Source: Lingula anatina
Lineage: Eukaryota; Animalia; Brachiopoda
DNA: 64,000 bases
Direction: 5' to 3'
NCBI GenBank assembly: GCA_051362555.1
Contig: CM120643.1
Coordinates: forward strand, 19,410,848 to 19,474,847
Part shown: positions 13,320 to 26,076 of the stretch, one piece after another
Position numbering within the stretch: the first letter of the stretch is position 1
Layout: each line of letters begins with the position of its first letter
The notes under the pieces: model-generated
What the model was told of the DNA's origin: nothing
The model's input: the letters and a program-made list of their open reading frames with translations, nothing else
Database searches by the model: none
Position numbers and translations under genes: made by a program

Positions 13320-14288
13320 TGACCAAGGCTGGAGTGCACAGTACTTTTTCAATTGGGCCTTGCCTTTGTTATTAATTATCTGGAAGAAATTCTGTGACAG
13401 CAAAGCCATCACTTCTATCCAGTGACTGATTCTGGTAAATGAGAAAGCTCTGGCATAGTGAGTGATGCTGAAATGTGGATTTTCAATACTGTTTAACTTG
13501 CAAAAAGGATTATACATTTTCAGGGTGCACAAACATGCATTTCCTCGGTGATTGACTGTTTCGAGCTAGCAAGTAGAAAACATCAATTTGATGAGATGTT
13601 TCTTCCGTGGATTACGTGGAAAGGCATCTGTGGTGAATTTTCTGGAAATTGCAAAGACTACTATGGTAGCTTGGAAGAGGAAGAAAGAAATATGGTGGTT
13701 AAATGTTATTTGTCTGTATATCCTTTATACACAGGATGGCAGAAAAGAGGGGAGACCTCAGTGAATAACACTGTATAGGTGGTGCTGACTGAGATTTTAA
13801 TGCATTTGTTATATAAATAGAACTGAGTAGATTATGAAGAAAGAAACAGTTGGAAATGAGGTGGTATTACATGAGCAACTGTAATCAAACATATGGTCTT
13901 TGAAATATATCTGTCATCCTGCTGTGATGGTAATCAAGAGCACAAGCAAATGGTTGATTTCTACGTAAGTTATGGTACAAAACTCAAGAGTCAAGGACAA
14001 GGAAACTGTGGATTTGTCCTGTCCTGGAGACCATGGATTGCTCCTGTCCTGGAGAAATACGTCCACGCAAGGTTACCATAATAGCGCTATGTAATCTAGC
14101 ACCTGCCATGGGCAAGACTTGATATTTTCATTAGCTCTCTGTAGACTTCTATTCCAGCTTAAGATATGTATATATAATATGAGGGTGTCACTGAATAGAT
14201 GATTTGTTCAGAATGGGGGAAGGCTGTCTGGACCTTTGGCCTAGATGTGTGAAGTGAGCATTAGTCTTCAAGGAGCTAGAGGTGAGAA

Positions 14289-14441
14289 CAGGGCTCTGTA
14301 ACTCAAAAGGATCGCGATTTGCGAATCACCTTTCATTTCGAGGCTATTCGGGGCCCATATGGGGGAGTAAATCCCGAGGTATAGAATAGAGACGCTTGTG
14401 CTCTGTTGCAATTTGCGATGCTTTCGAGTTACGAAGCCCAG
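14289..14441. mobile_element. MITE (~150 bp) downstream of the HSF1 stop codon
   Basis: 34-bp imperfect inverted repeats: CAGGGCTCTGTAACTCAAAAGGATCGCGATTTGC vs GCAATTTGCGATGCTTTCGAGTTACGAAGCCCAG. Confidence 0.7.
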
Positions 14442-14822
14442 GTGGAATATGCATTCAAAATTTGCACTGACGTCATCTGGCCTACATATCTCAGATACCC
14501 CTATGGGGACTTGCACACATGCACACACCTACTGAATTATATGCCAGGTATTCGAGATAGTCAGTTGAAGGTTTGAACATGCCCATTGGCATATGATAGA
14601 AATGATATATTGTGCTGCTTTTAATTTAGTTTTCAGAAATATATACTAGTAATGCAAAAGAATATCATGAAGTGAAATTAGATAACAGTGCGTTGATGTT
14701 CAGTTCAAATCGGCATTGAGACTGCATTGATTTCTGTATAGCATATACACATACATATATACCTCATGTTAGGAAAGCAGAGTCTAGGTGCTCCTTGCCA
14801 GTTGTGATGTATGACAGTCTAA

Positions 14823-15037
14823 GGCTGTATTCCCAGAGCTTTTAGATCGATCTATCCCCACGGGGAGTCTCACTAGATTGCTGTCAGATAATCCGGCTTA
14901 AATGTCCGTCCCGCCTACTACAAGCTGTAAGGGGGTAATTAACTTTCCTGTCTGCTTGGCTGACAGCTATTTAGCGTGAACCCCCAGGGAGTTAGGTCGA
15001 TGTAAAGCAGATCGATCTAATCTCTGGAAATTGGGTC
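14823..15037. mobile_element. PIF/Harbinger (Tourist-like) MITE, copy 1
   Basis: TAA on both flanks. Inverted TTCCCAGAG..TTAGATCGATCT / AGATCGATCTAATCTCTGGAAA. Homologous to 29738-29980 (shared GATCGATCTAT...GGGGA and AGGGGGTAATTAA). Confidence 0.7.
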
Positions 15038-16531
15038 TAAGGCACCCTGAAACACAGAGGTTACTGGATATCCACCTCTGCTGTCTCCAGTCTCCTGGAC
15101 CTCTGCAATGCGGGGTGGGGTTAGTCAGTAGAAACCTTTATCATACTTTGACTGGTAAAATTGTGAGCATAATGTATTAAAAGATTGGTTTCTACACTGC
15201 TGGCAGAAAGTGTAGTACATATAGGTGGGCTGTGTAAATGTTTTTCAATATTTGAAAAGAAAATGGCCTTAAAAGAAAACCTTTTCATTTTGACAGCTGA
15301 GGGCAAAATGATCTGGGGATGCCCAATGTAGGCATATAAACTTTATGCCAATTCTGTTGGATGAAGTTGGGCCTCATCTTCTTCATGTGCACTGTTGTTA
15401 ACATATTGTTCCAGTTCCATGTAGTTATCCATTTCTTCTCCTTCTGATACTAGTACCATATGTGGGCTTAAACAAATTATCTAGTGGATACTCTCTAGAC
15501 GCAAGGTCAATCCCCCCTGTTGTTGCTGTGAAGAAACATTGGAAATGGTCTGAAATTTAAAACATTTGCAGTTCCCATGTAAAGCGTGAGCGTCTTTTCA
15601 CCTCTTTAAGAAACAATGGAGGCTGGATCTGACATTTTGTTTTGCAAACTTGATTCACCTTTGTCATTTGTGTTGCAGGAATTTATCCCATTTTCCTTCA
15701 CAGTATAGACCAGTTATTCATAGTTGATACTTAACATTTGATTTTACTGAAAAACCCTAAAATTTGTTGTAAAGAATTTACATGTTAAATCTATATTCCG
15801 TGCCATATTTTATCATCTCCCATATGCAGGACAAGGTGCATTTACACTGCAAGCAATCCAATTAGGGGTACTTCAGAAATGTGATAATCCCACTTTTTTA
15901 TCCCCTCGTGTCCTGTGCCACATCCAACTTGGCTGAATTACAGGGCGCACAGAGAAGAGTCTGTGCAAGAAGGACCTGCCTAACTTCAATGTGAATGCAC
16001 CTGCAGATGTGAGGGGGCAAGTGGATGGAGAAAAGAAAGAAGCTAGTGACTGATGAAAAAAATTTAGCAATGGCTTTTTGTTTAGAAAACTGTAGCTGTT
16101 AAGTTTTTGACAGGGTACTGTTTTCTCCATTGAAATAATGACCAACATCCGCGAGCAACACACGTGTACATGATGTTTGTCTTTAAATTTTGAAAAATGG
16201 ATTTATTTTTGCAAAAATTCCTTTTGTATTGCTGCTCTGTATATTTCACCCACCTCATGTTTGTCAAAAAGAGGTGTTGAGACTAATAATTAAAACTCAA
16301 ATATGGATTGATATTGAAAGTTGACAAATATTTAGGATAATAATAATGCATCAGTTGGTTTCTGTACATACTTGTATATAAATACATTGTTCGTGTATAA
16401 AGAGAAGACATGGCAACAAATATATTTTGCAGCAGAACTAACATTGTAATAAATGTTTTTAAATAACATTTTAAAAATGCATTTTACAAAATGTGATATG
16501 ATATTTCAATGTAAAAGGCACCTGACAGCTG

Positions 16532-16788
16532 CAGACATGGGGAAAACTAAGCAGATACTGAATGTCCAGAGGACCTGCACTACGAGAAATCTGCAGGTCC
16601 TCCCAATGCTGTAACGGTCCGAACTAAGATTATAAATTCTGTTAGTCGATGTTTACGTGTGATGTATTTGTATTGTCTTTTCACGTAAAGCCTGGAAGCC
16701 CAGGGGACCTGTGATATCTAAAGTCTTGCAGGTCCTCTGGCATTTCAAGAAGTCATTACCAGTTCGATAGGCAGTTTCCCCATGTCTG
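16532..16788. mobile_element. MITE with hAT-like termini downstream of HSF1
   Basis: Perfect TIR CAGACATGGGGAAA ... TTTCCCCATGTCTG, plus an internal inverted CCAGAGGACCTGCA / TGCAGGTCCTCTGG. No TSD seen. Confidence 0.75.
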
Positions 16789-17454
16789 CACCATCATAGA
16801 ACTACTGTAGTAGTCTCTTTGAGGTTAATCTTTTTTGGCTTTGAGCCTGAGGGATAAACCAAATTGCCCCATTCTACAGCCTCTAACCTGGTTTACTTTG
16901 ATTTTCTGCCAGTTGCTGAAACTTAACCACCTCGATATCAAGTGATATTTCATTTCACTAAAAAAATTTCTTGCTCTTAAAAATTTTCAGGTACATTATT
17001 ATCAGTGTTGCCAGAGTTAAGAAAATGAGAAACCCAAATTACCATGAAGTGGATTTCATACTTGATTATTTTCCACATTTTTCTTTACCTTGTACCTGTA
17101 CTTTGAGATGTTGTATTTCGAGAGAAAACACTTGGTAAATCTTCTTGTGGAAGGTGTTTGTTTTTTTTTTTATAAGAATTTAAGCATTATTTATGAATAC
17201 AGTTATCACTGTTAATGGTATCAATCATTATAATAAGCATGAGTATTTCTTTTTCAATATTGTTGAATTGTTACAGAAGATATTATTAATAACTATTTTA
17301 TGCTGGTGCCACAACATGGTAAATGCTGTAGTATTATCATTTGTACTGTTGTCTAATATTCAATTAGGTATCTAATTTATTACTTTGATATTCATTAGTG
17401 GCTTACATAGCTTTGCAACACTGAAACATTTTCAGTGTCAGATTTTTTGTCAGA

Positions 17455-17476
17455 AATAAAAATTGAAAAGAATAAA
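17455..17476 (+). terminator. Candidate HSF1 polyadenylation signals (two AATAAA)
   Basis: AATAAA at 17455 and 17471 after a U-rich stretch and just before the opposing TEPP signal. An earlier AATAAA near 16448 is an alternative. Confidence 0.45.
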
Positions 17477-17701
17477 AATTTTAAAAGGCAAGAGTCTAAT
17501 TTTGATTGCTTTGGTTCTGCCGAGTTATTCAGATAAGCTTATTTTTCCTGAATCTAGATTTAATTATTTCGTTATATTTTGGGAACAAATTTCAGGCTTT
17601 AATATTCCAAGCAAAATTCATCATTGACAATATCAAATTCCAGTTAATTGAAAACAATTGCACAACAAGAGACTGACACGTTTCCATTATGAGTTAGATG
17701 T

Positions 17702-17707
17702 TTTATT
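17702..17707 (-). terminator. Candidate TEPP polyadenylation signal
   Basis: TTTATT on plus (AATAAA on minus), ~520 bp past the TEPP stop codon. Confidence 0.45.
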
Positions 17708-18226
17708 ATTCCTTAAATACCAGGTTGAGCAAAGACACGCCATGGTAAATGCATTGTGCAAGGCACACGTGCTGAAATATTTGAGCAAAGTGAATTTAGG
17801 ATAGTTCTAGAGATTCTATTATACTGCTTAAAAATGAAATGCTCAGCTAAAAATAATTACCCTAAGATAAGAGCTATGCGATTTACAGTTTTGATACTTG
17901 TACATCTAAATGTTATATGATATGTATGGAATATTCGGTGGTTGCCCTTATCGTAATACTATAACAACATTGGACGGAATGCGTACGAAATGCTGAACAA
18001 CATCAGTTGAGCAATCTCCCATATCACAGGATTGCGACAAAAGCGCAACTAACGCAATTTCTCGAAACTAAATTCCCGTCGTCATTTTTCTAAAAAATCT
18101 GTGTGTATGTTTGCGTGGTTTTGAATATTCAACACTGCTGAAGCTCAGCTTCAGTGTTTTGTTTCATATAAAAAAGATTATGCTGTAAATTGTTTAAACA
18201 GTCTTTTTTATGTTTTCTAATGCGTT

Positions 18227-18885
18227 TTATCGCCAGGCTTCTGTGGCAATGTTGCGGCTGTACTGTGGATAGGTATCTCTATAGCGGGCGCTGGAAAGAA
18301 AAGTAAAATAATTGAAAAAAGTAATTGATGTCATAGATGAAGCTAAAACGGAATTTCGGGAGAAAACCAAAGGAATGGTGTAAGTTTGTGTACACTTCGC
18401 TGTTCACTTTATAATCGAGAGGCTGACAATAAGCGATATTCAATTACATGTAGTTGTGTAGGGAGCCTGAAAAACTATCAGATCTGTAAACATTTTAGTA
18501 GCATAGCAGAATTTGTGGGTATCAAAACTGATAGCTTTTCATGTTTAAGTGAGTTTTCTAAATGGTGTGAATTTTTATTTTATTTATTCCACTTTTTTTT
18601 CACTTGGAAAGTCACAGCAAGAACAGGTTGTTAAACAAAACCGATAAAATACGACTGTTTAGATACTCACAAAACATTGGCTGGCATGGGTCTCTGTCCG
18701 TACTGGTCTAACATGGGTTCTTGCTTCAGCGTGTACTAAAAAAACGAAAAAATCGGCGTCTCTCAATACATCTGTCAAGAAGACCAATAAAAACAAAAGA
18801 AAAAAAAATGACCATGTGCAAAGGCATTTAATAATCTCCGAACGATCTTAAGTTGATATATGGTTAAGCACCTCTCTCTCTCTCA

Positions 18886-18969
<84 letters not shown>

Positions 18970-21655
18970 AAGTATTTCATTCTTGTTCTCTCTTTCTTAC
19001 CTTCCAAGAGGCGGTGACCTCAGGTTTCAGATACCTCACGGCATAGCCCACAAAATGGAGGTCCTTCTTGTCGGGCAACGACGGCAGACGAATGTTGTAA
19101 CGTTCTGGAGATTTGTTCAGGAAGTCGGACCACTCGCCACGAGTTTTACTGAAAAAAATAATTAAAAAATTAAAGTAAATAGTCTAATAGCAATATTGTA
19201 CTTATTATCATAAGAGTCTCTTTTTTTCTGTGAATTCCAAAAATATGACAATGTCTGTGTAATACCGTGTAATATTACCATCACAATATTGTAAGACGAG
19301 TGAAATTACAGCGTCACCTGTTTCATCTTTAACGACAGTAACCCCACACCCCACCCCACTCCTTCAGAAGGACAGTTGGGCAATGCAACAAGAGAAGATG
19401 TTCATTAAGGTTGCTTAGTTTGCAGCGGATCTAAATCTGTAGAAATTACTTTCACGCCGACTCAAAGACTGCTAAATTCATCAGTCAATATATAAGTTTA
19501 GAAGTGACGTGTCTGTATATCAGAAGAAAATTGATCATAAATACCATTGTTTTATGCATCAGATCTAACGGAGGGGGAATATTCAAGAAAAATAGCCCTT
19601 TTCTTATGTTATAACACAAGTTATAACATTTTTCTCTGACGGAAACAAGCTAAAAGTTCATGATTAACGTCTAATGTTGGATCTGTTCCAGTGCACCCTC
19701 CTCAGCCATATCATTATCACTACCTCTCCTAACGGACACCATGTCTTATGTGCAGCCTAAAGCTATACCCTGGCCATTGCTCAAACATGTCAAATATGCG
19801 TAAAAGGAAGTCCCAAAATTGTTGTGTTATTGTTGTTGTTTTACATTGTTAATGTGTGCTTATGGTCCATGTGAAAAAAAAACTAATCACTTCAAAGGCT
19901 TCCAAAGTTCAAAGGTAGCTAAAGTTCTATTGCTTCCGGGTAAATGTTCATCAAATTAACACTAAGGAGAAACCAGACTTTATTATTTTTGTCACATACC
20001 AGAGACAATATTATGTTTTTTCCGCATTCATTAAAGCAGACACTTAAAGTGAGCTTACGGTCTTATTACTGATTAAAGATATTCATGAAGAGGTACAGTC
20101 TTTGCCTGCGGAGGGCGGGTCATTGACTGAGAAGTTTTAATGTGGCCCTTTCTCACGCCAATATAGCTTGAGGTCTTACGACAAAAACATTTCAGTTTAA
20201 GATCTTGAGATTAAGAAAAGGAAAAAATTCAAACCTCACAATATATCATATTAAAAAGTAAATTGCTTTTGAACAGACGCTGGAAGAGATAAAGGGTGTG
20301 TTGTAAAACTCACGTGATCTCTTCGGGTGTTGTGTAAAACCTGTGTAACTGTCTTCCTGTATCTGTTATATTCTGAAAAATATGAATATCACAAATAAAA
20401 CACACTTTATATATATATATATATGAATTAACTGTGAACCTTGAATATTATACTTGCTTGACTTACAATATATGTCTCTCTGAATCAAAACACATTGAGA
20501 GAATAAAAGTGCTTAACAGTCTAAATGCTAATATCGCAATTTTTGCTGGCCTTTTTCTTTCCTTTCTTTTACTTTTTTATGTGCGTTTTTATCTGTTAAT
20601 TCAACCTTCATCTTTCTTGTTGCTACTGCAATTGATTCGATTTGTGCAGTTAGTTTTTGCCTAGGCCAGCGTCTATCTTACTACAGTGATTGCTGTTGTT
20701 GTTGTCAATGATGATGTAGTATCACAGATTTTATCCCCCTTCCAAAAAAAATGTCAAAATGATAACCAAATAAATCACTTACAGCGCCAGATAATCTCTT
20801 GGTTGGTGGGGCGAACAATGTCGTTGTTGAGCGTTTGAAGTCCTCTGAAAATGACACAAGAACAAATACCTGTTATTCTCTATCTTTTTCCCTTTTAAGT
20901 TAACAGAAAGATATAATAACACATATGTTGATTAAGACAAGAACATTCCACGCATGAGGACTAGGAATTAATATACACTGAAGTCACCTACATCAGATGT
21001 CACATTTAAGGACAAATCAAAGGGCTATTTTTACCGACTGTCTCCGTACCGAAGCAAAAATTATATTTTTTCCGATCGTAAAATAAATCTTAATAGTCTG
21101 CTTGATACAAATAGCCTCTTTTGACTAGACCTGCGAATCCATCTTTACAGGGATATCGAGTTACACAATCTGTATCCGTGGCACAGTTATTTCCAATCAA
21201 TTATTTAAATAATATTGATCTCTGTTAGGATTTGATTGATATCGATTTCATATCACAGCCTATATGTTTTATGACTTTATAAGGTATTTTCTTTTTATTT
21301 TTAGATATCTATTTACATATCTGTTTGTATCTTAATTTAATTTTTTAATCAAATATCGAACTAATAAGACATTATAGCATATCATCTATCGCTATCGACA
21401 ATGAAATTCAAGCGGTATGAGCTATTTTTATGTAAATAACTTTTTACGTCATGTCCTTTTCACGCCAATATTATCTGACTCATACCTTTAGAATGGTTTA
21501 TAAAAATACAAATAAGCATGAGCTGTGGTATTGTTCATTCAATAATAAAAAGTCCTTAAACTTTACTGAATGCGTTACTTGTTATGTAGGCCTATTCACC
21601 TCCTCCTTTTTGTGCGCGCACATACACTAACACATAGGGCCTACATGTTTGCACG

Positions 21656-21691
<36 letters not shown>

Positions 21692-22819
21692 ACCAAAACC
21701 CTGAGTACAGATTTAATAGGTTTTTTTTTCACACATGTGGGTTTCGTTCTTTATTTGCCTTTTCCCTTCAACCCGCGGTAGCTTTAGCTGTAAGCTTGGC
21801 TCGGATCTAAACTAAGCCTGTCACTTAGCCTGCTGTCAGGACACGGAACAGAAGCCGTAACTAAGAGCAAATGTCAGAAGTTGTCAGCGAAATATGCCAA
21901 GTAATATCACCTGTCTGGGGGGTGGGGGTAAATAAATGAATCTCGTTACCGCACCTGTCGTGTACAGCGCCAAGGTGTGTAAATAGCTCTGATTAGAACG
22001 ATTAGATGTTATAGTCCTAATTAAGTGATATTCCGTTGACCTAATCGTGTCAGGTAGTGAACAACTTAATTGTTGATTAATTGAAATAAATGTATTTAGT
22101 AAGGAATACAGGGACATACTGCGGCTGGTGCAGTTGGGGGGGGGGGGGCATAACTTCTAGTAACATTCAGTTCAGAAATCTTAGGGCTGGCCTATGACCT
22201 GTGTGAAGATATTAATGAGAATTAAGCCGGAGAGCATAATATACCTTCTACACATGGACGTGTCACTTAAATCATTCAATTATCATTAATCAACGGTTAA
22301 TTATCCCCTTTAATTTTCTTGTCTAATTTTCGTTTCGAGGTTGAATGGATGTGTAAATGGATCAGGAACTCATCTTGCTCATCATTTTATTATCCATTTA
22401 AGGTTCTTCTTTTTTTTTTTTTCCTTGTATATTTTGCTATGTGATTGAACGATGACCTGAATGTCCAGCTATTTTGGACCGTGGACGTTTCGCGAAATGG
22501 TCTATGTTTGAGGTAGATTGAGGCTGCTGGTGATAAAATACATGTAGATATAGGACAGATATAGGCCCTACTAATAGAGCCTACATTAAAACCTACCTGG
22601 GCCGCAAGCCGTGGTCGTCCTACAGTGCTCGTCCGGAAGCTTGTGGGCCGCCGTATCCATGTCCATTCTACGGAAAGTTGGTATCCTGGGGTGGAAGAGT
22701 CCTTCCTTCACCGCCGCTAACTGTACCCTGCGGAAAGTCGGATACTGGTACGAGTAACTCGGCATCTTCATCGGTAGAATCTTCTCTGAGGGAGGAGGTT
22801 GAACGCCTACTGTTGTCAT
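18227..22819 (-). CDS. TEPP: TEPP / sperm microtubule inner protein 8 (SPMIP8) homologue, 206 aa. Exons: 22597-22819, 20783-20844, 20314-20372, 19001-19148, 18671-18735, 18227-18290.
   Basis: Spliced product RVQLAAVKEGLFHPRIPTFRRMDMDTAAHKLPDEHCRTTT...ITDTGRQL...EWSDFL...[34 protein letters not shown]...YSRNIATEAWR* matches recalled human TEPP motifs ([23 protein letters not shown]...[32 protein letters not shown]). All junctions GT-AG and in phase. Confidence 0.9.
18872..18969. repeat. Compound (CT)n(CA)n(GA)n microsatellite in a TEPP intron
   Basis: Direct observation. Confidence 0.95.
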
Positions 22820-23004
22820 TTTTTGGGGAGTATAAATCAGTCCTCTAGTAAAGTTGTGTTGTCCCTAGATTTTTACCCAAGCTCCTTAGTAAGTCTCTAA
22901 GTCACGCTTGTCTACACAAACTTAATTCTAATGTAACTTGAGAAATAAAGGCTCCGGCTGTATATATTATGCTACCGTGTTTTGTCCCATGTGCAGCTAG
23001 CGCC

Positions 23005-23066
23005 GTCGCTAAGGGTGATTGTACACAATGAATACTAATGAAGTGACGTCACAATGACCAACCAAT
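23005..23066. promoter_or_regulatory. TEPP proximal promoter: X-box-like site, CRE palindrome and CCAAT
   Basis: GTCGCTAAGGGTGAT at 23005-23019 (one good RFX half-site), perfect TGACGTCA at 23044-23051, CCAAT at 23062-23066; 190-250 bp upstream of the ATG. Confidence 0.5.
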
Positions 23067-25844
23067 TGCGTCGCGGGACGTTTGGGACTTTTCACCTGAC
23101 CACGCAGCGCAGGACAATATGGGACATTAGATGCAGTTTTTATCGGCTTTTGTTCAAGAAAATATATTGTCTGGGGCTCCTAGAGAGGCCGTAAAAGAAA
23201 GAGAAAAATCAAGAGCTTTTTTCTTCTTGATGAAATTGAAAAAGAACTAGCTTTAAGGTTTAACAGGTATTCTTCCTTCCCAAGTCACTTCACTCCATAC
23301 GAATAGTAGAGCTGAGTGATATCGACGTGAAACTGTTTCACTATAATAAATGAAAAAGAACCACTAAAAACACGAAAAGATTTTTCTTTAAAATCCATGA
23401 TGGATGATTTTTAAATGTTTACGTAATTAGATGGGTCCCGATCCCCACTGCTCTCATTTAAAGCGTGGCATTTAAAATACGGTTTTTGATGGAAGGAATT
23501 TTTAAAATACATTAATTTTGCTCTCTATTTAGGCCTATTATTTTATTCATTTTCACTTATTTGTCTTTGACTGTATTTTCCCCTTTCACTCCAAATATCA
23601 CTTTTCTATTCTTCATTTTCCTTTTGAGCCCTCTTTTTAAGGGCAGTGAACTGTTTTTGTATAGCTTTTATCCTTCATCTGTATCCCTTTTTAATACAAA
23701 ATCTTTAACTTTTTTTAATCATAACTACTATTTAAAGCTGTTTTTACACAAAGACGCTTTTACAGGGTAATGGATTCCCGATGGTGTATATATATTTTTT
23801 TATTTTGTATATTTACTATCGCATATCTATATCTTCCGTTTCCATCCCTCATTCGATCCCTCCCCTCCCCTCCCCTCCCCTGCCCACCTCTTTCACACTT
23901 TTTCCCTTGTCTTCTTCTTTGTTCTGAAAGTCCACCCTTACCTATTATTCTGTTTTTTTATTCAGTTTTACCTCTTTTCATAAAGCCGCTTTGTCCAGAA
24001 GAACCCAACTGAACGACCTGCAGTGCTGAAGCAGGTGACGAACACAAGAGAAAAAAGATAACATTATCAGCTCGGAACCGAGGCAAATCACATTTGGTTA
24101 TTACAAATGATAACACTATGTTTGTGCACAGAGGTATGCTTAATATAAACACCCTGCACCTTGCACTGAACTAAGAACAAACAAAATTGAGAATTGTTGA
24201 GAAAATATACCAAACAACTCTCACTCATATTCGTTCTATATAGTTTCTACTATTTTCTGATGCCACAAAGGAGGAAATGCCTTCTTATGTCGCTCATAAT
24301 GGCCCCCTTTATGACAATTTAGCACACGATATAGGTAAATCTTTTAAGCAATCATCTTTGCCAAAGGAAGGTAAATAAAGAGGCTGAATGGACAGAGCAG
24401 TGATAAGGTGTGGCCTATATATCACCCTCCACAGCTCTAAGACTTATATCTGGGAGGGTTACAAAAAGGGCAAACGTCCGTCTTGAAGAGAAAAATAGTA
24501 TGAAACCGTCGTAACATGTAACATCTATGAATTTTTGGTAATATTATAATAATCTTCTCTTGAGGTATTTTTAAAGGATCTAAAAAACATTGAGCTATCG
24601 GTATTTTCCCTTTGCCATTGTTCTCAAACTGCGTAGATATATACATTGAGAAACGTGTTATTGAAATACAGAATTTACCTAAATATTGAAAAAAACACCT
24701 CTTCTGCAAATCCCAGACTACTAGCGAAATTTAAGCTCTGCATATGTAACAAAATGGTTTATGCAAAAGGTGATATATTCTATGTATGGACCCATAGGAA
24801 TTCTCGCGCCAAAAGTATTTTCAAGAGGCTCAAAGAGCAAAGGTCGTCGAAAAGATAAGAAAGACAGATTTGTATTTTTTCGCTGCAGTTTTAATGCAAT
24901 AAATACTTATTGACACAGGGCAAACGGACCGCGTGCGCTCCCGTGTCTCTTTGCATAACAGTTACTTAAAAGATCGACATTACGCCTCAGTGTCGGCTGG
25001 TTTGACAGGTGCGATACACGCGCTTGTGGCGGCCTACCTTCAGTGCTGCACAATAAAGTACAGCACCTGCCCACGCCCGTGGAGCAAAGACAGTTCACAG
25101 CCCGGTGACTGTATTATCAAGCAGCGGCTGTAACAAGGGGCATTTGTGTACTAATTGGGAAGAAAACTTTTTTACTCCGAGAAAAAATATCACAAATATT
25201 GCAGACCGCCGCATGTATCGCTACGATATGAAGTGCATCGTCTGTATCCGCCTGCTGAGTGACAAAATACAAAAAAAAAGAAAAAAAAAACAGAAACTAA
25301 TTGCTCTGTAATTAGAAAATCACGCTGATTTTAATTCCAGAATAACAAAAAGCATAAAAAGTTGGCTTCAGTTAATTAACATTGAATTAGAACATATATC
25401 CCCTTCTTCTCTCACTTTCTGCCCTCATAAATCCGGAATGTCACACTGCGGCACAGAAAATCCTAGCAATTAATTTGTATGCCGAATTAGAAAAGCAAGC
25501 TTATTTTAATTCCCGAACAAAATAAAAAGGAAGCCAACACAATAATTCGACCACAAGTCCAGTTAAATTAGCCCCAATATCAAGCAGTCCCGCTCGGCCA
25601 AATCACAATGGTTTCCTGGCCCGGTCCTTTATTATTATAAACAGCCGCATACCAAGGCGCAATGTAAACTAATACGCCAGCCTAGTTCATTCATTCGGAA
25701 GGGACAGAAGGGCCAGGGTTTATGGCTGCAATCAATGTAGGCCGTCTTTGAGGTCGCTGGACTCGGGGAACGTTCGACAACATTTCTCTTTCATCTGGAT
25801 GCCCATCTTTCCGAGGCCTGCGCCCGGTCGATCCGTTGAGGCTT

Positions 25845-26076
25845 ATCGCCGTAGCAACCGGAGTTAGATCCCAAGATTTATGGTGAACTGTGGAGATTCG
25901 TGAGATGCTCGAGCTTCCATTGCTGGAGTTATATGAGTGACTAGTGTGGGCAGTGGCTAGTTAAAGACCAGTGTTGTTTAGACTGAGGGATTAGTGAGCT
26001 ACCAGCGCCTGATCGAGATGAAGAAGGTTGAAGAGGACGGATCAGCCTATTGAAAATTGTCCGCAGAGAGAGAAAG
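25845..26076 (+). promoter_or_regulatory. Candidate promoter and non-coding first exon (probably a distal formin 5' exon)
   Basis: X-box-like ATCGCCGTAGCAAC at 25845-25858, a GC-richer leader, an 11-codon uORF at 26018-26053, and a strong donor AAG|GTAAGT at 26076/26077. Confidence 0.35.
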
